Below, in pieces: positions 60,075 through 64,000 of a DNA stretch of 64,000 nucleotides. Source of the DNA: Sphingomonadales bacterium (lineage in GTDB: Bacteria > Pseudomonadota > Alphaproteobacteria > Sphingomonadales > Sphingomonadaceae); assembly GCA_027489365.1 (NCBI GenBank), contig JAIXZV010000321.1, positions 1,379-65,378 on the forward strand, given 5' to 3'. The position numbers and the translations under genes are program-made. The notes beneath the pieces were generated by a model. The model was not told the origin of the DNA and did not search any database. It was given only the letters and a program-made list of their open reading frames with translations. Positions within the stretch are counted from its first letter, which is position 1, and each line of letters opens with the position of its first letter.

Positions 60075-60156
60075 AGGGGAAGAGGCCGTCGGAATCGGCA
60101 ACCTTGTATGGACGCTTTGCAGGTTTCAGCGTCCGAATCTCAACAACCGTAAGCAT
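60075..60156 (-). pseudogene. N-terminal remnant of a P4-like tyrosine integrase (arm-binding domain)
   Basis: MLTVVEIRTLKPAKRPYKVADSDGLF, after which similarity is lost. Confidence 0.8.
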
Positions 60157-60871
60157 GGGGCCACGCCTCCTGAACTGCTCGTGGCCCCTTTTGAGTGGGC
60201 CACGGCGGAACATAATGAGATTTCTCGGGGCCGGCGATCGCCAGTTTACCGCAGATTTCTGCGGTTTTCTAAGAGTGCTCTTTTTATGTGCTGGTGCGCT
60301 TACAGGACTCGATATTAATCACTTAACTGTTTGAAAATAATGATTTTTGATCAATCTCTGAGGACCGTGGCCCCAACGTGGCCGCGAGAAATTTTCGGAC
60401 TCGAACCCGTGCCAGAATCACATTCCGCAAGGTTCTGAGAAGGTTCGACAAATCACGATCTGAGTTCAACGCCAGTCATGCAAATGCGGTCGCGATATCG
60501 AAATGTAGGACTCGAACTCGCAGACGTCTTTCGGATATTACCGTTGTATAACAAATATATATTGGGTCTTGCGCCGTCTGACAGCGCCGATGTGGCCCCA
60601 ATTACCGGTAGTTGACCCGTCAATGTGACGTCGCGCTCAGCTAAATCGCAATGCGCTTTGCCCCCCGGAGGCCGGTTCGCTGGCAAGTGCTGTGCGTAAC
60701 GCGGCAGGTTGGCTGATGCATCAGTCTAATCGGTATATTTGAAGATGTCGCGGTTCATCTCCCTTCGTGGATAATATTAGGTCTCAATCTGAAAGAATAC
60801 TTGGACGAAGGTGACCTAACCTAAAGCGCTTGATCGGCTAGCGTATGTCCAGAACCGGCCAGATTGACTAT

Positions 60872-62062
60872 CTACTTAGCTAGCGGCAGGAGTGCGGCAC
60901 GCTGCGGATCATACGCATAGTCTGCAAGTGTCCCATCCCCGATCCGGGCTACGATTTCATCGATTGCCGATAACGGAACGAGAAACCATTCTCGCGGGCG
61001 CACTAACTTTCCAAACCGGTCCGGAATTTCAGCATCAAACCTGACGCTATCGAGCACACGGTGTATTAACGCCTCGAGCCGAGGACGATTGACCTCGTAG
61101 AGCTTGTACGTCGCAACAACGTCGACGCCTGCGAGCAAATATGTAGCGTTGTCGGCCGCACCTGCGATCCGTGCTTCGACGGCGCCGCCGGTGATGCCGA
61201 TCTTGTGGATAAGCTCACGATGCGCTGCGATCGTAGGATGGGTCGAGCGGCTGCGCAGGACATAGAGCGTGCCAGTCGACAACTGATCTGGCTCATTCGG
61301 CGCGCTGCCGAACAACGGTCCGGCGTCCGGCTCGGTCACGCGGCGCCCGCTGTCGTCCTTGTAGAGCGCGCGCTGGAGCGACCAGCGGAGCAGATTACTC
61401 TCGGTGCCGTTCGAATAGATCACGCGCAGCCGCGCGTCGTTCTGGCCATTCGGCGCCTTGGTGAGGTCTCCCACCTCGGCGACATAAGCGAGTTGGCCGC
61501 GCAGGATAAAGAAATCGCCTAGGTCGATGCCGGCGTCGCGACCGAATGGCCGCGTCACGCGCGTCCCCGATGCCAGCTCGGCTTCGATCCCATCAAACAG
61601 CGGCTTAAACGTCGCAAAATCTTCGCACCGTTCGGCGCTGGCAATCTCTTCGGCTGCCTTGCGCTCGGTGTTCGAGCGAACATTGCGAAGTTGAGTGATA
61701 TCTTCTGCCGGTGATGCGGCGATACCCAACTCCGCAAGCATCGCATCGTCGTCCAAGTCGTCGACAGGTGCGAGCGACGTATCCCCGCCGCCGTCCAGCA
61801 AGCCATGCACGTCCATCTCGGCGAGCAGCCCCGCGCTTTCCGGCAACCCGCGCAGGCGGTCGAGCCGCACGGCGTACAGCCGCTCAAAGATGTCGCGCCC
61901 TTCGCCGTGCTGCGGCACGCGGCCATGCTCTTCGCGGAACTTCACGATATTCTCGAACCCCGCGATGATCCGCTCCTCGCGCGGGGTGCGTGCGCGTGAC
62001 TTCTTGGGCGTCAGATCGACGCCCAGCTCCGCAAGGATGTCGTCGTCAGTCATCTCAGCCAT
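60872..62062 (-). CDS. T5orf172 / GIY-YIG-like nuclease domain protein (YeeC-like)
   Basis: GTLYVLRS, HKIGIT, RIAGA, LEALIH, REWF; 8-nt overlap with the helicase stop. Confidence 0.82.
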   Translation of the reverse strand: MAEMTDDDILAELGVDLTPKKSRARTPREERIIAGFENIVKFREEHGRVPQHGEGRDIFERLYAVRLDRLRGLPESAGLLAEMDVHGLLDGGGDTSLAPVDDLDDDAMLAELGIAASPAEDITQLRNVRSNTERKAAEEIASAERCEDFATFKPLFDGIEAELASGTRVTRPFGRDAGIDLGDFFILRGQLAYVAEVGDLTKAPNGQNDARLRVIYSNGTESNLLRWSLQRALYKDDSGRRVTEPDAGPLFGSAPNEPDQLSTGTLYVLRSRSTHPTIAAHRELIHKIGITGGAVEARIAGAADNATYLLAGVDVVATYKLYEVNRPRLEALIHRVLDSVRFDAEIPDRFGKLVRPREWFLVPLSAIDEIVARIGDGTLADYAYDPQRAALLPLAK

Positions 62063-64000
62063 TGGCGGCGGCCTGGGCGCGATAGCGGGCGAAAGCGGCA
62101 ACACCCTCGGCGAGCTGACGCTCCCAGGGGTCTTGGGACGTGACGTCGGGCGCACGGCCGCGCTCGCGCTTCCATTGAACAGCGCGGATCGCATAGGCGC
62201 GCGCCTCTTCCTCGGTCAGCGTCGTCTTGCGCGCAGTGATCGCCGCCTGCACCTGACGGAGCAGGCTAGCATTCATCGCCTTGGCGAGAATCGCGACGGC
62301 GGCATCGAACGGATTGATGTGGTCGATCAGGTCAATGTCGAGTTCGCGCACGTTCATGAACTTGCGCACCCCATCGACGAAGGACGTGTTCGCCTTGAGC
62401 TCACCAGAGCCGTCGTCGGCCGCGGTCTCGGTGATGACCTTCGCCGCCTGCTGCGTGATGTTGAGCGCGGCGATGGCATGCTGGCGCACTGCTTCCTGGT
62501 CGGTCTCGCTCAGCTCGGGATAGCGCTCACGGACGATCTTGCCCATCCGAACCACGGTCAGTTCTTCGGGCACAACCTCGGGATCGAACAGGCCACGCTC
62601 GATTGCCTGTTTGTCCTGAATGAAGCTGGTAATGACCTCGTTCAGATCTTCCTGGCAGATGCGCTTAGCCTCGGGCGTGGTCGGCTCGATCAGCCCCTTC
62701 AACTCGAAGTGAAACTGGCCACGCTCCTCGTTGACACCGACATTGGCCGCGCCCTCGCGATAGCCGCCGGGGCCATAGTCGAAGCCTTCCTTCGGCCCGA
62801 CATCCTTTGGCGTGAACTCGAAGCGCGGAGCAAGCACCTGCTCCATCAGCAGGCTAGCGGCGATCGCCTTGAGTGTGTCGTTGACGGCGTCGGCGACGAG
62901 GACGTCGGCGGCAGCAGGTTCGGCGATCAGATTGGTGAAGCGCGCCACCGTCTTGCCCGGCGCATCGCGGGTGGCGCGGCCGATAATCTGTATGATCTCG
63001 GTCAGGCTTGAGCGATAGCCGACAGTCAGCGCGTGCTCGCACCAGATCCAGTCGAACCCTTCCTTCGCCATGCCGAGCGCAATGATGATGTCGACGTGAT
63101 CGCGATCGGTGCGTGCCTCAGGCCTTTTCAACGCCGAGGACACGCGGTCGCGCGTGGCGGGATCGTCATCCACCAGATCGGCCACCTTGATCGTGTTGCC
63201 CGCCGCGGTCTCGATCAGGTGGAAGCCGGTTGCCTCGTCTGTGCCGCGCCAGGTGCCGAGGTGATCCATGATCTCCTCGACCTCGCGATGCTTGTCCTTG
63301 GTGCTCTCGCGGCTATTGACGCTGGGGATATGGACAATCGTCTTGACCGCCGGGTCGAGCAGGTCGACGATCTTGTCGATATAGCGCCCGGTGTAGAAGC
63401 TGTAGGCGATATCGAGCGTCTTGAGATATTCATAGCCGTTGAGCTGCTGGTAATAGGTGTAGGTGACCGGCACGAACTTCGCCTCGTCCTCGGGGCTGAG
63501 CACCGCGACCGCGTCGCCGCGGAAATAGCTGCCCGTCATGGCGATCAGATGGACCTTGTCGCGCGCGATCAGCTGGCCGAGCAACGTGCCCAGCCGGTTC
63601 TCCGGATCCGCCGAGACGTGATGGAACTCGTCCACCGCGATCAGCCGACCATCGAACGCTTCGATCCCCAGTTCGGCAAGCGCGAAGCGAAAGGTGGCGT
63701 GCGTGCACACAAGTACCGGATCGCCGCTGGCAAGGAATTCCGCGACCGCCTTCACCTTCGACTTCGCAACCTTCACGTCGTCGGCGCCGGGCACGTTGCA
63801 CAGGTTCCAGTGCGGCTTGACCGTCCAGTCCCAGTAGAAGCCGTGTTTGGTCAGCGACTCGTCGGCAAAGCTGCCGCCGATCGAACGTTCCGGCACGACG
63901 ACGATCGCTTGGGTGACGCCCTGATTGTGGAGCTTGTCGAGCGCGATGAACATCAGCGCGCGCGACTTGCCCGAGGCGGGCGGCGACTTGATAAGCAGAT
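62055..64000 (-). CDS. Superfamily 2 helicase (YeeB-like); 5' end beyond the right edge
   Basis: Walker A SPPASGKS at the window edge, DEFHH, MTGS, EGFD, QIIGRATR. Confidence 0.88.
   Translation of the reverse strand, partial: LLIKSPPASGKSRALMFIALDKLHNQGVTQAIVVVPERSIGGSFADESLTKHGFYWDWTVKPHWNLCNVPGADDVKVAKSKVKAVAEFLASGDPVLVCTHATFRFALAELGIEAFDGRLIAVDEFHHVSADPENRLGTLLGQLIARDKVHLIAMTGSYFRGDAVAVLSPEDEAKFVPVTYTYYQQLNGYEYLKTLDIAYSFYTGRYIDKIVDLLDPAVKTIVHIPSVNSRESTKDKHREVEEIMDHLGTWRGTDEATGFHLIETAAGNTIKVADLVDDDPATRDRVSSALKRPEARTDRDHVDIIIALGMAKEGFDWIWCEHALTVGYRSSLTEIIQIIGRATRDAPGKTVARFTNLIAEPAAADVLVADAVNDTLKAIAASLLMEQVLAPRFEFTPKDVGPKEGFDYGPGGYREGAANVGVNEERGQFHFELKGLIEPTTPEAKRICQEDLNEVITSFIQDKQAIERGLFDPEVVPEELTVVRMGKIVRERYPELSETDQEAVRQHAIAALNITQQAAKVITETAADDGSGELKANTSFVDGVRKFMNVRELDIDLIDHINPFDAAVAILAKAMNASLLRQVQAAITARKTTLTEEEARAYAIRAVQWKRERGRAPDVTSQDPWERQLAEGVAAFARYRAQAAANG

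Larger units (their letters stand above)
55945..60308. mobile_element. Decayed integrative (P4-like int/alpA) element carrying GH95
   Basis: 11-bp direct repeat gcttacaggac at 55945-55955 and 60298-60308; int and alpA remnants; AT-richer flanks; gtgggccac near both ends. Confidence 0.5.

Noticed and set aside
60291-60312. Possible tRNA gene
   Set aside because: Only a ~21-nt 3'-end-like fragment with no D or anticodon arm; treated as an att relic.

Overview
GC-rich alphaproteobacterial chromosome segment; the gene content and repeats look sphingomonad. From left to right: the 5' part of dinB with a LexA box, a carotenoid-oxygenase-family dioxygenase, an SCP2-type thiolase with a DUF1295 protein, a catalase, a FecI/FecR/TonB-receptor signalling unit and a GT2 glycosyltransferase. 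Next is a 7-gene operon (TonB receptor, beta-helix lipoprotein, diheme cytochrome, FAD oxidase, PLP aldolase, MFS, TetR) resembling sphingoid-base (sph) catabolism, then an EmrAB-TolC-type efflux unit. The most notable block is ~26-56 kb: four DUF885 paralogues (two with degenerate metal motifs), a TonB receptor, S9 and M24 peptidases, an amidohydrolase, a DAO-family oxidase, DUF3830, a BASS transporter, a TPR/2OG-Fe(II) oxygenase and an aminotransferase. An anthraniloyl/salicylyl-CoA catabolic operon lacking its CoA ligase is nested inside it. A palindromic motif (consensus AATCACGTGATT) recurs in four intergenic promoter regions of this block, suggesting one MarR-controlled system for peptide/amide uptake and breakdown. 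The right end is a decayed integrative element (int, alpA, HNH and GH43 remnants around an intact GH95 gene) followed by a YeeB/YeeC-like helicase-nuclease pair. All calls come from reading motifs by eye; no database searches were run.
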